41,906 nt of DNA from Chiloscyllium plagiosum (GCF_004010195.1 NC_057718.1:60984073-61025978); one strand, 5' to 3'. Positions 1 to 12,370 are shown, counted from the stretch's first letter. Numbers and translations are program-made. The notes: generated by a model not told the origin, from the letters alone.

Positions 1-105
1 ATAAGTATCGGATCAGCAGTGATTAAATGAAGAAACACAATGAGATAAATTGCCATGATATCTGCTATCTCTGAAGAGTGTGCTTAATTTCTTTCTTCAC
101 AACAG

Positions 106-279
106 CTACCAATGTCAGTGACATTGTGTGTGCATACTCATGGTGCTGACCTTCATTCCTTGCCTCTGAATTCTGCTTCAAGTGATTGCCAGGAATCCAG
201 GGGCAAAGGTCAGAGTTCAGAATCTGAAGTTCACAGACAGTGTGTTACTGACATTGATCTCAACTACAACAACTGTTAG
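106..279 (+). CDS. Possible terminal coding exon of an unidentified host gene
   Basis: Pyrimidine-rich acceptor tttctttcttcacaacag ends at 105. It is followed by 57 open codons (LPMSVTLCVH...VTDIDLNYNNC) and TAG at 277-279. AATAAA occurs at 664 and 1077. No homology recognised. Confidence 0.3.
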   Translation, partial: LPMSVTLCVHTHGADLHSLPLNSASSDCQESRGKGQSSESEVHRQCVTDIDLNYNNC

Positions 280-744
280 ATCCTGATCTTTCTGAATAGC
301 ACAAAAAACATTTTTAACAAGTGCAACCATGTACAGGTACAAGTGATGGCACATCCATAATTTTGGGGTACAGTAGTTTTAAGGTAAAATGAGAGAAAAA
401 TTGTTGCTTTTGATGTCAGCTTTTGGAGGTAGGTCTCCAAGCAGTTGATTTGTGAGTACATTCTTTGGATAAGAGCCACATGGGAATATTGTGAACAGCC
501 TTGGAGTGGTGCACCAGTTGGCAATTTATCGAATTTAAAGCAGTATTGAACAGGAACCATACAACCAGTGACTGATAAAGCTGACTCTTAAATGATGTAA
601 ACATTATGGTCAGAATGCATAGGTTTTGTATCAAGTATACAAATGACAATGTTGGTGTCATAAAATAAAAAAATGCCACAAGACTAATAGGAATTTACAC
701 AAAAGAAACAAGGTTCACATTGTTTTGCCAATTAAAATTACATC

Positions 745-1034
745 TTGATTTGGAGGTGCCAGTGTTGGACTGGGGTGTACAAAGTTAAAAACCACACAAC
801 ACCAGTCTCTAGTCCAACAGGTTTATTTGGAAGCACTAACTTTCGTAGTGCTGCTCCTTCATCAGGTGGTTGTGGATTATAAGATCATAAGTCACAGAAT
901 TTATAGTAAACGTTTGCATCATACTGTAAACCTCTACTATAAATTCTGTGTCTTATACTCCACCTGATGAAGGAGCAGCATTCCGAAAGCTAGTACTTCC
1001 AAATAAACCTGTTGGACTATAACCTGGTGTTATG
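745..1034. mobile_element. Miniature inverted PLE-derived insertion, family A, with hammerhead motifs on both strands
   Basis: 12-bp TSD taaaattacatc at 733-744 and 1035-1046. The left arm is the reverse complement of the right arm. Same family as 6994-7198 and 8627-8801. Confidence 0.85.
961..995 (+). ncRNA. Minimal type I hammerhead ribozyme motif (family A)
   Basis: cac-CTGATGA-A-GGAG(CAGCA)TTCC-GAA-AGCT-A-gta. Core intact, stems slightly decayed. Confidence 0.65.
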
Positions 1035-1466
1035 TAAAATTACATCAGTAGTTACAATTGCTACATACTGTGTCACAATAAATTAATGTTTTGTATGGAA
1101 TATTTAGTTGCATATTGTATGTTAAATTAATGTATATTGTATAATAAGTACAATTGCTTATTGTACATTAAGGTATTGTTATCTTGCAAGTTAGGTCCAG
1201 TTATTATAACACAGAGTAATAACATTTCAGTCTCACAGACTAGTGTGTGGTCAAATATGGTGAGTGATACTGTCACATGGAAATCATGTTCAGAGCATTG
1301 CTTCACATTATCTGGCGATCCGGCATGGCACCCTCTCCACTTGGTATGGCACTGTCTCAGCCTGGTGTGGTAATCTCTTGAGGAGAAAGTGAGGTCTGCA
1401 GATGCTGGAGATCAGAGATGGAAATGTGTTGCTGGAAAAGCGCAGCAGGTCAGGCAGCATCTAGGA

Positions 1467-1504
1467 GAATCGACGTTTCGGGCATTAGCCCTTCTTCAGG
1501 AATG
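1467..1504 (-). ncRNA. Minimal type I hammerhead ribozyme motif (family B)
   Basis: Minus strand reads cattc-CTGAAGA-A-GGGC(TAAT)GCCC-GAA-ACGT-C-gattc. Core and stem II perfect, stem I weak. Confidence 0.7.
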
Positions 1505-1641
1505 AGGAAAGTTGGTCCAGCAGGCTAAGATAAAAGATAGGGAGGAGGGACTTGGGGGAGGGGCGTCGGAAATGTGATAGGTGGAAAGAGGTCAAGGTGA
1601 GGGTGATAGGTCAGACGGGGGTGGGGGCGGAGAGGTCGGGA

Positions 1642-1747
1642 NNNNNNNNNNNNNNNNNNNNNNNNNNNNNNNNNNNNNNNNNNNNNNNNNNNNNNNNNNN
1701 NNNNNNNNNNNNNNNNNNNNNNNNNNNNNNNNNNNNNNNNNNNNNNN
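1642..1747. other. Assembly gap (N run)
   Basis: 106 N inside the PLE insertion. Confidence 1.
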
Positions 1748-2183
1748 GCAGGTTAGGAAGGCGGTGCTGGATTTGATGGATTTGACTGAGACAGGCTGTG
1801 GGGAGGGGAAATGAGGAAACTGGTGGAATCCGAGTTCATCCCTTGTGGTTGGAGGGTTCCTAGCCGGAAGATGAGGCGTTCTTGCGGAGCGTTTCAGGGA
1901 ACACCTCTGGGACACCCGGACCAACCAACCCAACCACCCTGTAGCTCAACATTTCAATTCCCCCTCCCACTCCACCAAGGATATGCAGGTCTTTGGACTC
2001 CTCCATCGTCAGACCACAACAAAACGACGGTTGGAGGAAGAACGCCTCATCTTCCGGCTAGGAACCCTCCAACCACAAGGGATGAACTCGGATTTCACCA
2101 GTTTCCTCATTTCCCCTCCCCCCAGCCTGTCTCAGTCAAATCCATCAAATTCAGCACCGCCTTCCTAACGTGGTAATCTCTTG

Positions 2184-2585
2184 GCCAGGCATGGTGGTCT
2201 TTCAGTGGTACATAGCAGACTTTCAGTCCAGCACAACATCAGCGTCTTCCAGTCTCGAGGTGATTCCTCGAAGTGTGCTCCCACTGTGGCTAAGCGCTTG
2301 AGGCTGTAATATTTGAACTTGCCACTTTATTTCTTTATTTTCCACTTAAGACTTAAGAAGGTTTGCAATGTGTAACTTTTAACCATACCGCATATGTTTT
2401 ATACTATTATTATTGCAATGTTTAACTTTTAACTTTGTTCTTTCTTTCTACATCTTTCTTAAGATGCTGTACCTAGGTACTTGTACCTAAGATGGCACCT
2501 TGAGTGGGGACATTATTCATGTTTCACTATACTCCTGTACTTATGTACTTGAGTACACGTGGCAATAAAATCAAAATCAAAATCA
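2184..2585 (+). mobile_element. Non-LTR retroelement 3' end (family uncertain), probably interrupted upstream by the PLE at 1381-2169
   Basis: Ends in ...gagtacacgtggcAATAAAatcaaaatcaaaatca, a poly(A) signal plus a short tandem tail typical of LINE 3' ends. Confidence 0.5.
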
Positions 2586-4099
2586 CCTCATCAGTGAGCT
2601 ATATGGAGCAAAAATAGTGCTTAGAATCTCACAAGAAGTAGCACTTCAAAACAAATGTGCTTTCTGTGTATATGTGACCAGAGGAATCCTTTACGAGTTT
2701 TGGTTGGGGCACCATTGGTTTGTGAAGGATCCAATTTAAGTAATGGAGTGCATGCCTGTCTGGAATGGTGCCTAACTAATCTGAAAGATATGATGAGCAA
2801 ACTGATGGTGATACTGGATAAATCAGATCCCACAGTGAATTCTAGCTTGATAGATTATAAGGTTTCTTTTAGCAGTTTAGTTACAATTGTGCATAGTCAT
2901 TGATCACAACCACATGAGGCTGTCAATGTCCTTTTAAACAAAAGAAAATAAACAAATATTTATGTATATGATGTATACGATAGATATATACAACAAAAAT
3001 TGAACAAATATTCAACCCTTTTCCCAGCAATATCCTTTACAGGTACTCCATTCTAATGAAGTGTCACCTCTATCTTAACTCTTTAATTTCTTACTCAACT
3101 GACAAGGTTGCCAACATTTTCTTTTGGATTTCTACCTGTTCACCTGATGTGCTTCTCTTCGAACAGTCACACAGACCCAAAACTATGAACAACTCACTTA
3201 CTCTTGCCAATGAATCTTAAGAGAAATTTGAAGATTTTTCCAACACATTTTCTTGGTCTGCTAAATAATCTAAAGAGTTCTTTCCAGCCTGAAGGCTTCA
3301 AAATCTCAATTTCCCTACTGACGATGTGAAACTGTTCTTCTGTGCTGATGTCAGTTTCTGATATCTGACTGTATTTGTAAAAGTTCTACTTGGCAAATCT
3401 ATCATTAATTAACCTCCCAGCTACCTTGCTAGTCACTTAAGTCACATATTTTCTTGGAAACGATGTTTGAGCACACTGTGTTTTAAATTTAAACGCAAAG
3501 TTACCCACACATAACTGATTACTAAAATCCATCTTGCTCTACTTTTCATTTCAAATTCCCAAAATAATAAAAGTATACTACAAACATGTATAACAATAGC
3601 TTGTAACACAGATATAATAAGTCTCTGTACATTTGACAATTTTTTTCGCCAACTTGATTGTGTCCCTTTCTTTCAAAATGTGATTCCTGGAGGAGTGGGG
3701 ACTTTCCTATTTAGATTTATCAGGAGACATCTTCTTCTCTGTCCTGTTTGTAAATCATCCCTCATGTGTTACACTGATTCTTTTTATATTACAGGGGAAA
3801 ATAGTACACAAGTATAAGTAATTGGATTAGAAGTTTTTTTCCCTTTTGATCACAGCATCATGAGATTGTTGTATTTTTATAAAAAATAATTATTATGAAT
3901 ATCTGAATGGTCTTGATCTTCCAGTTTCCAGATATGATTTGAGACCGCTATATAGTTTCAATGCACTGATGATGCATCATTATCCAGGATGTTTAACCTT
4001 CTCCAACAATTAACTGACTTTGGGAACCTCCTGAAAACATCACAGCTGAGTTAGCGTCAGAGGTTTTTTTTTGGGGGGGGTTCAAATTACTTGCACCCC

Positions 4100-4818
4100 A
4101 ATCACTGATACCTATCTCTCCACTCCCCTCAAACATCCAACGACCACCAACCCTGCCCCCAAAATACCAAACAAACACACCTCTTTAACTCCACACAGTT
4201 GACCTCCCGTGACACCTGAATCTACCAAGCTTGCCCCCTTGATACTCAACACTTTCCCACGCCTGAAAATCTGTCCCCCACCCTGAACACATAACCAATT
4301 TCTACCCTCAACACCATCCCACTATCCCCATTGCAATCCTACCTGGACCACACTGCCACCAATACCTGACTCACCTACCAGTGACATGACACCCACCTGC
4401 TACCCCTCAGATTTAACACGTTCCCCATCCTTTCCTCACATCTACTTTGCTGCCACCCTATACTACTGACCTAATTGCCACTCTACCTTCTCACTCCCAA
4501 TCAACACATTGTCCAATCACCCAACTGGCACCCTATCCCCTCACCTATATAACTGATACATTATCTCCACGCCTAACCTTCACTCTACCCTTTAAGAACC
4601 TACTATATACTATCTTCTTTTCCACATGACATGCTATCTGTTTCCACCCTCCCCGTCACAACCACCTTACACCCTCACCCACCCACCTCGCACCTGACTT
4701 AATTAACCACCTATCATTCTACTTCTTCCCCCAACAGCTTTACCCACTTGCCCTCCTAGACCTCAGTTTCCTACCACTCTAAATCCCCTCACCTATGCAC
4801 CTGACCACACCTCCCCTT
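4100..4818. repeat. C/A-rich low-complexity tract
   Basis: Strong C excess and G depletion on the plus strand with recurring ccacc/cacct/ctacc motifs. No coding signal. Confidence 0.6.
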
Positions 4819-5425
4819 GGCAAAGCCATGTTGACTCAATCCGATTTTACCATGCACTTCCAAGTACTCTGCAATCTCATCATCAATGATGGGCTATAAA
4901 GCTTATCAACAACTGAGGTCAGGCTAATTGGCTCTTATAATTCTTGTCTTCTGTCTCCTTCCTTTCTTATTCAGGAGTGTTTTCTAGGCCTCTGAGACCC
5001 TCCCTAACTTCAGTGATTCCTGAAAGATCACCATCAATACATACACAATTTCCTCAGTTGTCTTCTTCAGAACTCTGGAGTTAGTCCATATGGTCTGGGT
5101 GATTTATCCACCTTCAGACCTTTCAGCCTCACTATCACCTTCTCCTTCATGATGGCCACTACACTCACCTCTGCACCTGACTCTCCCATGGAGTTCTGGT
5201 ATGCTACTGGTATCTTCCACCATGAAGACTGATGAAAAGTACCAACTCAGTTCCTCCACAATTTCTTTGTTCCCTATGATTACTTCTCCAGCCTTATTGT
5301 CTACCAGTCTCATGCTCACTCTTGCCTCTCTTTCTTACCTCTAACATACCTAAAAAAAAACTTTTGCAATGTTCTTATATGTTACCAACAAGCTTACACT
5401 CATATTTCATCTTCTATCCCCTTTT
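4819..5425 (-). mobile_element. CR1 LINE ORF2 fragment
   Basis: Minus frame GEVIIGNKEIVEELSWYFSSVFMVED. The downstream KPISLTSVVDK and SQHGFAKG motifs match the CR1 RT region, with frameshifts. Confidence 0.85.
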
Positions 5426-5749
5426 TGCTGTATTGTGCTGAATCTTTGGCTAAAATTCAATTTTTCATAGAGGTTTTCTCTGTTGAGGCTGAGCAAGATC
5501 TATCAACCGCATTTTATCAAACTTGTCTCAATAATACCCAATCTGCTCCAATGGACCATTCTCGCCTAATTCCATCTACATTCTACTTTTTGCCATACCT
5601 GGAACAATTCTCCATGTCTGGGATATCCCAGAATTGATTGGCATCCCTTTACATCAGTACCATATTTAAGAGTCCATTGCACACCAGGACGAACACTGTC
5701 AGAACACAGCTGCCCTGCACTTCATCTGACATTTGCTCTGGACTTTGAA

Positions 5750-6200
5750 ACAAAAGGAAATCAATGCTCCACTTTGCAATAGAGACCTGGAGGTCCTGTA
5801 ATTGTTGTCGTAGACTTAAGATGTCCTTTACCCAAGAATCAGCAGCAGAGGCCCAAAAATCAAGCCATGCCAGCCTTCTCCAAGGTTGTCACTCAAGGCA
5901 GTGCAGTCTCAGCCTCCTGGAGAAATGCACAGTGATGAAGGAAGAAGGTTAATGATCTTCTCTACCCTGCTATTGTATGTGCCACTATCTTCCCTCCATT
6001 CTTCACACTCACTGTATCACTGCTACGAAAGCCACCTCCTACCAAGGTTCATGTTTTATTATTCCCCCTATTCCCTACAACAGCTCCCATACCAGGAGGA
6101 GAACAGCCTACAGGAGAGCAGAAAGAGTCATCATGCATGGTAGGCTGTCTGATATTGTGGACAGCATCCTGACTCTGACTGCTCTGAGGGACTAACTGAT
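5750..6200 (+). pseudogene. Decayed Myb/SANT-like gene of a PIF/Harbinger DNA transposon
   Basis: Frameshifted reading APL..RDLEVL...DVLYP...MPAFSKVVTQGSAVSASWRNAQ**RKKVNDLL. A pyrimidine-rich intron-like spacer follows, then RRTAYRRAERVIMHGRLSDI. Similar to 30370-30985. Confidence 0.65.
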
Positions 6201-6993
6201 CCTGCCCAAGCTCCTGGACAGGCTTCGGAGTCTGCCTTGATTTACTGTGGCCTTGACCTGAAGGCCATCTCACTTTACTTGACTGAGGTCTACTGACAAA
6301 CATGACAAGATTCCTGGCCTTGTGTCTCATTGAACGGCATGGCAGTTTAGCAACACTGTACATCTGGTATCTCTTGTGAAGGGTTAAGGGAAAAAAGGCA
6401 AGGCAGTGGTGCTTGTAGCATCGAAGCAAGCTCTAGGTGAGTGACTGGTAAGAGAGCAAGTGAACAAGCCAGAGCTGCAGTCTGGTCCAGTCTCTGATGT
6501 AAGTGCATGTCCCTTAACACAACATGTCCTTGCAATAGTATTACAATGATAGTTGTTGCCAATGTGCTCTGAGGTGCAGCATTGATGTCCAGAAGGATAC
6601 TGGAACGGGATCAGTGATGTGTCATGATGGCTCTTGGAAGCTGGCAAACATTGAATGCCAATTACATGGATGTGGCAATTGTACAGCTGGTGCCCATATT
6701 GGATGCCCTGAGATGTAGATGTCCTGAGATGTAGGTGCTCTGTTTCCAGCAATGATGGTCTTTTGGAGCAAGTGATGAGCTGAAGTAGCAAATACATATT
6801 GAGAATTCCCAGCATCTAGCTTAGTCATGGTTGGATAAGAAGCTGCATATTAATGAGGTGAGATGAGCAGTTAATAAGCAATAATCTTATGATTCACTAT
6901 GTCTTAATAGTCAACTCACTGCTGCCAAGTGAGAATCTCGCCTTGATGTCTAGAACTTAGTTAGAAGTTGCAGCAAACTGCTCTGGCATTGAG

Positions 6994-7198
6994 TTAAAAA
7001 TCACACAATGCCAGGTTATAGTCCAACAGGTTTATTTGGAAGCACTAATTTCGGAGTGCGGCTCCTTCATCAGGTGGTGATGAAGGAGCAGCGCTCCGAA
7101 AGCTAGTGCTTCCAGACAAACCTATTGGACTATAACCTGGTGTTGTGTGATTTTTAACTGTGTACACCCCAGTCCAACACCCGCATCTCCAAGGCATG
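6994..7198. mobile_element. Miniature inverted PLE-derived insertion, family A
   Basis: 12-bp TSD tctggcattgag at 6982-6993 and 7199-7210. Inverted arms meet near 7075, with two partly damaged hammerhead motifs. Confidence 0.9.
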
Positions 7199-7257
7199 TC
7201 TGGCATTGAGATAGATCTTATTGGACTTCTCACATAATTCTAGCATGATTCTCACCA

Positions 7258-7697
7258 CAGCCACAAAAAGACATGATCCACTCTCGCTAGTATCCTTACA
7301 TATAGATAAGGAAGGACACTACTTTGACTGGGACAACACATCCATCCTCGGACAAGCCAAACAGACACACACGAGAATTCCTAGAAGCATGGCATTCCGC
7401 CCAGACCTCTACAAACAAACACATTGATTTGGATCCCATCTATCACCCTCTAAGAAAAAGAACTGGAAATGGCATCACCAACAATGGAAATGACACCAAC
7501 ACAGGAAGTAACATCACCAACCCAAGAAAAGCTAAACACATAAATAGGAAGTGGGCCATAACACTAGTGCTTCACTGGAGGCTCACTGATGATGTTACCT
7601 AGTATGGTGACCAAAGTCTGAAAATGAACCTTCCAGATCAGCTAGCTAACTTACATCCAGAACTTCAACCTGAGCCATAATTCTTCTCCAAACTCAC
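7258..7697 (+). mobile_element. PLE 3' fragment (family D, Penelope/Poseidon-like GIY-YIG C-terminus plus terminal repeat)
   Basis: ATKRHDPLSLVSLHIDKEGHYFDWDNTSILGQAKQ / REFLEAWHS...NKHIDLDPIYHPLRKR, related to 27744-28163. Decayed hammerhead at 7583-7621: tca-CTGATGA-T-GTTACC(TAGTAT)GGTGAC-CAAA-GTC-tga. Confidence 0.85.
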
Positions 7698-7744
7698 ATA
7701 TTGTTCAGGCCACTATAGAATCTCATCCACTGTATCTGAATCTG

Positions 7745-7830
7745 TGGCAGCTGCGACTCAAATTGGTCACACTCTTGCCTCTGATGTAGAAGGCTTCTAG
7801 TTCCAGTCCAAGACTTGAACACAATCATCA
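7745..7830 (+). mobile_element. tRNA-like head of a SacSINE1/DeuSINE-like SINE, probably the partner of 9436-9700
   Basis: gactcaaattggtcacactcttgcctctga...gttccagtcc resembles a decayed A/B-box head. Confidence 0.45.
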
Positions 7831-8626
7831 TATAATTTTGTGTGAAGGAAATTGTGTCTCACAAACCTGATTGAGTTTTTTGAGGAAGTAACATAAACAT
7901 TGATGAGAGCAGATGTTGTTTATTTGGATTTTAGTAAAGCATTTGATAAGGTTCCACATGGTAAACCAATTCAAAAGTTTGATTACATGGGATTCAGGAT
8001 AAGGGATTGCCCATTGGATACAAAATTGGCTTTATGGGAGGAGATGGAGGGTGATGCTGAAGATTTGTTTTTTGGATTGGAGACCCATGACCAGCCATGT
8101 TCCACAGGGATTGATACTGGTTTCAATTTTTTTTGTCAATTACGTAAATGAGTTGGATGAGAATATAGGAGGCATGGTTCACAAGTTTACAGATGACACC
8201 AAGATTGGGTATTTTGTGGACAGTGATGAAGATTATTTAAGATTACAAAGAGATCTTGATCGAATTGGTCAATGGGCTGAGGAGTGGCAGGTGGAGTTTA
8301 TTTGGATAAATGTGAGGTACTGCATTTTGGTAAAACAGACAAGGGCAAGACATATACAATCAATGGTAGGGTCCTGGGTACTGCTGTAGAACACAGAGAC
8401 CTAGGGGTTCAGTTACATAATTCTTTGAAATTTGTCTCACAGGTAGAGAGGCTGGCAAAGAAAGTGTTTACCAGGCTTGCCTTTATTGCTCAGACCTTGG
8501 AGCATAAAAATTGGGATATCATGTTGAGGTTGTACACGATGTGGTGAGGCCTCTTCTAGAGTAGTGTGTGCAGTTCTGGTTGCCCTGATATAGAAAGGAT
8601 ATTATTAAACTTGTTCAGTAAAGATT

Positions 8627-8801
8627 TAAAAATCACACAACACCAGGTTATAGTCCAACAGGTTTAATTGGAAGCACACTAGCTTTCGGAGCGACGCTCC
8701 TTCATCAGGTGATCACCTTCCAATTAAACTTGTTGGACTATAACCTGGTGCTGTGTGATTTTTAACTTTGTACACCCCAGTCCAACACCGGCATCTCCGA
8801 A
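8627..8801. mobile_element. Miniature inverted PLE-derived insertion, family A, nested in CR1
   Basis: 12-bp TSD tcagtaaagatt at 8615-8626 and 8802-8813, with inverted arms. Confidence 0.92.
8677..8711 (-). ncRNA. Minimal type I hammerhead ribozyme motif (family A), intact
   Basis: Minus strand reads cac-CTGATGA-A-GGAGC(GTC)GCTCC-GAA-AGCT-A-gtg. Confidence 0.75.
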
Positions 8802-9435
8802 TCAGTAAAGATTGACCAGGATGCTTCTGGGATTGGAAGGTTTGAGTTATAAAAAGAGATTGGATAGGTTCTGATTTTTTTCACTAGATCATGGGACGTT
8901 GAGGGGTGACCTATTCAAGTTTATAAGATCATGAGGGGCATAGATAAGGTGACCAGCAAAGATATTTTCCCTAGGGTGAAGAAGTTCAAAACCAGAGGGC
9001 ATATTTTTAAGGTGAGAGAAGGAAAATTTAAAAAGGGCATGAGGGGCAACTTTTTTTACACAGAGTGCGGTTATTTTGTGGAATGAACTGCAAGAAGAAG
9101 TGGTGGATGCAGATATAGTTACAATGTTTAAAAGACATTTGGATAAGTATATCAATGGCAATGGTTTGGAGAGATATAGCCTAAATGCAGACAGTTTGGA
9201 CTAGTTTGGGAACATGGTCTGCATGGATTGGTTGGACCGAAGGATCTGTTTGTATGCTATATGACTCTATGTTGCCTGCAGGAGAGCCATTAGATTATGT
9301 CAAGGTGGTTGCATGCCTTCTGTCAAAGCTGGTCATTTTATTTGGGTATGTAGCCGCATTTGGTGCCAAGCAGATCATTCAAGATCCTGAAAAAATTTGA
9401 TGCTGTAGAGGCGCAAAGTTCCAGAGTAACTTTAT

Positions 9436-9700
9436 AATTCAGTACTGAGGGAGTGCTACAGTGTGGGAGAACTCATCTTTTGGTGCAATATTTTTTTAAA
9501 AATTACATTCTTCTTTAAGGTGAATATAATATATCTCATAACACTGTTTTGAATTTTCACTGGTGTCTTGCCCAATACATTCATCTCTCAATCAACACTA
9601 CAGAAACAGATTATGTTATCATTATCACACTGCTGATATAGGAGCTGCAATTCCCCAGAAATACTTGACTAATTTAAAATTGTACTTGCAATGTGACAGT
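9436..9700 (+). mobile_element. SacSINE1/DeuSINE-like body (decayed)
   Basis: cagtactgagggagtgct...ggtgtcttgcccaata...tcaatcaacactacagaaacagattatgttatcattatcacactgctg matches the Deu-domain pattern as I recall it. Confidence 0.6.
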
Positions 9701-11793
9701 TTGTTAAAACATTAATGTTTGCCTGTCCTAAATTAGCATCCACATGTCCATGAGGATTTGGCCTCACAATAATTCTCCCAATCAAAGAGCTGGAGAATGC
9801 AATTTATAAATATTGCAAACGTTGATCAGAATTGTATGCAGAGAAATCTGCAATACCTGACCAACAAGTCACATTGCAATAGCATTTCAATCGTCATCAT
9901 GGTGAAAACGCAATTTTAAGAATAGGTTCTTGCACTTTTAAAACCTTTCATGGATATGCAAATCTGATTATTGCATTTCAATACTGAGATGCTTTGGATT
10001 TATCTCTTATTAAATTCTTCAGTCTGTTCCTGACACTGTTTGAACAGAGATAATCTTGCCTTTGAATCAATCTAGATGCAGCCAATAAGGTACGAAAAAT
10101 ACTCACACGTATTCAAAGGGATTTGAAAATTGTATTTGAAGTTTGCAAAATGTTAAGAAGTGGGGGTGAAGTCTGTACAACAATATTGTTTGCAACTTGT
10201 AAATTACACCATTTCAACAATATCTGTTTTGTAGGTTTCACTGCCAACCAGCATCAATGGACCCGATGACGTCCCACATGGTGCAATTTCAATTCAACTG
10301 TTTAACGGGTGGAAGAGTTAATTGACCATGGCACGTAGCTACAGCCAGTGAGGGAAGAAAAATGGAATGTAGTGGTATTAGAGGACAGCACTTTGATGGG
10401 GTTAGACATTGCTCTGTGCAGCCAAGAGCATGAGTCCAGAAAGTTTTGTTGTCCATCCATTGCCAGATTTTGGGACATCGATTCAGGACTGAACAGAAAC
10501 TTGGACTGAGAGGCAAAGGATCCAGATGTCCTGGTCCAAAGAGATAACAACAACATAGGTAGGACTAGGAAAGAAGTTCTACTTTGACAGAATGAGGAAC
10601 TATGCAGTATATTGAATAGTAGCTAATAACCTCTGGATTATTTTCTGAACCAGTTTCCACTTCACAGGACACTAGCACCAATACTGGGAAAAATAGGAGC
10701 TGCATCATTGGGAGGTCTATACTTGAATCATGCAAGGACCAGTGCCATAGCATATAACCTGGGATGTACAAAGGCTTTAGCCGAAACAAGCCAGGATAAA
10801 AATGACAAATCAAAGGATACAGTCAAGGCAGGAGGCGTAATTTATAATGGGAAATGAAGATCAGAGAATGGCAGATAGGAACAGTGAGAAAAAACCCAAG
10901 ACACCCAACAGTCAAGATTGGATGTTACAAGGATAAAAAAGAAAAAAGTTCTATATCTGAATGTATGCAACATTCATTAGAAAGTAAACTGATAGTGTGC
11001 ATTGTTACAATTAAGTGTGATCTGATAGTTATTATGGAGACAAGGTGGCAATGATGACAGTAATTGGATCCTGAAATTGAGGGAGATATGACATTCAAGT
11101 GGAGTAGGAAGCTAGGTAAAGATGGAGAGGTGGACCCACTAATTTAAGATGGCACTAGTACAATAGTTTAAAAATGACCCTGATACAGGAGATCAGAATT
11201 TAAAATCAGTTTGGGTGTAGGTGAGGAATAATAAGGAAAAGAAGCCACAAGTGGAATTGCTCAACAGACTCTTTAACAGTAATCAAAATGTAGAATAAAT
11301 GTTACAAAAAAAAAATTGGGTGTTTGTGATAAACAGATGGCAACAATCATGGGTGATTTTATTTGATACATAAACTGGAAAAAGTAGATTGGCAATATAG
11401 TCTAAATGAAGAGTTCATAGCTTTGTGTTTGAGATAATTTTGTAGAACAGCATGTTCTGGAACCAAGCAGTGAGCAGTGTATATTAAATCTGGTGTGTAA
11501 TGTGACAGGATTAATTAAAGACCTCAAAATAAAGGTATCCCATGGAGCAGTGACCACAATAAGAGTGAATTTTACAATTAGCTTGATAGGGAAAGAATGC
11601 ATTTAAGGTTATAATTTTAAACTTAAGTAAAGACAACAATGTGAGCTAGCTGAAGAGAACCAAGATATATTTCAGAATACTCAGTATATTTTCACTACAA
11701 GAATAAATTCTAAGGGGAGGACCTATCATCCATAGTTAACCAAATATGTTAAGAATAGCATCCAAAATGAATATAGTTGTGTGCAATAGGTCA

Positions 11794-11940
11794 ATTGATT
11801 AGTGTGGTGCTGGAAAAGCACAGCAGGTCAGGCAGAATCCAAAGAGCAGCCTGCTCCTCAGATGCTGCCTGACCTGCTGTGCTTTTCCAGTGCCACACTC
11901 TCGACTCTGATCTCCAGCATCAGCAGTCCTCACTTTCTCC
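11794..11940. mobile_element. Miniature inverted PLE-derived insertion, family B-like, hammerhead part absent
   Basis: 7-bp TSD taggtca at 11787-11793 and 11941-11947. Hairpin arms ~11802-11848 and ~11851-11898. Ends in cagtcctcactttctcc like the other family B copies. Confidence 0.85.
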
Positions 11941-12199
11941 TAGGTCAGATGATTAGGTTGATTATAAAGAATTAAGAGTATTAAGAAAAGACTAATCAGG
12001 AGAAATACATTGAAGTAGGATTGTAAAACAGATGTTAAGAGTTTTCACAGTATTTAAAAAGGAAAAGAGTAAGTGAAGTGAGCATTGGTTCTCTGGAAAG
12101 TGAGAATGCAAAATTAATATCTATATGAAGGAAACGATGGATGAAATGCACAAATATTTTATTTCTGGCACCATAATAATTTAACAAAAAGTATTCCAG

Positions 12200-12370
12200 A
12201 TAAAAACCTAAAGAACTGTAAATCAGAAACAGAAGTTACCAGAAAATCTCAGCAGGTGTGGCAGCATTTGTGAAGAAAAATCAAAGTTAATGCTTCAGGT
12301 CTGGTAACCCTTCCTCGGTTGGGGCTGAGGGGTTCTGAGGAAGGGTCACCAGGCACAAGATATTAATTGC
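12200..12370. mobile_element. Decayed inverted PLE terminal repeat, family E
   Basis: Similar to the termini of 20443-23248. Contains an inverted pair, ggtaacccttcctcgg and CTGAGGAAGGGTCACC, which are decayed hammerhead starts. Confidence 0.65.

Larger units (their letters stand above)
1381..2169. mobile_element. PLE insertion (family B, Neptune-like) with an inverted segment and GIY-YIG C-terminus
   Basis: 14-bp TSD gtggtaatctcttg at 1367-1380 and 2170-2183. Plus-strand ~1884-2168 reads AERFREHLWDTRTNQPNHPVAQHFNSPSH...RRLEEERLIFRLGTLQPQGMNSDF. Positions ~1752-1882 are an inverted copy of ~2038-2169 with about 3 mismatches. The minus-strand terminal repeat lies at 1381-1640. Confidence 0.9.
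7835..9270 (+). mobile_element. CR1 (HER1-like) LINE, 5'-truncated, RT region plus 3' UTR
   Basis: DVVYLDFSKAFDKVPHG, VPQGLIL, KFTDDTKIG, LQRDLDRIGQWAEEWQ and KCEVLHFG motifs. Ends in ctgtttgtatgctatatgactctatg. Interrupted by 8627-8801. Confidence 0.92.

Noticed and set aside
6049..6828. 126-aa and 143-aa minus-strand ORFs
   Set aside because: No domain motifs. They lie antisense to or beside the Harbinger relic.
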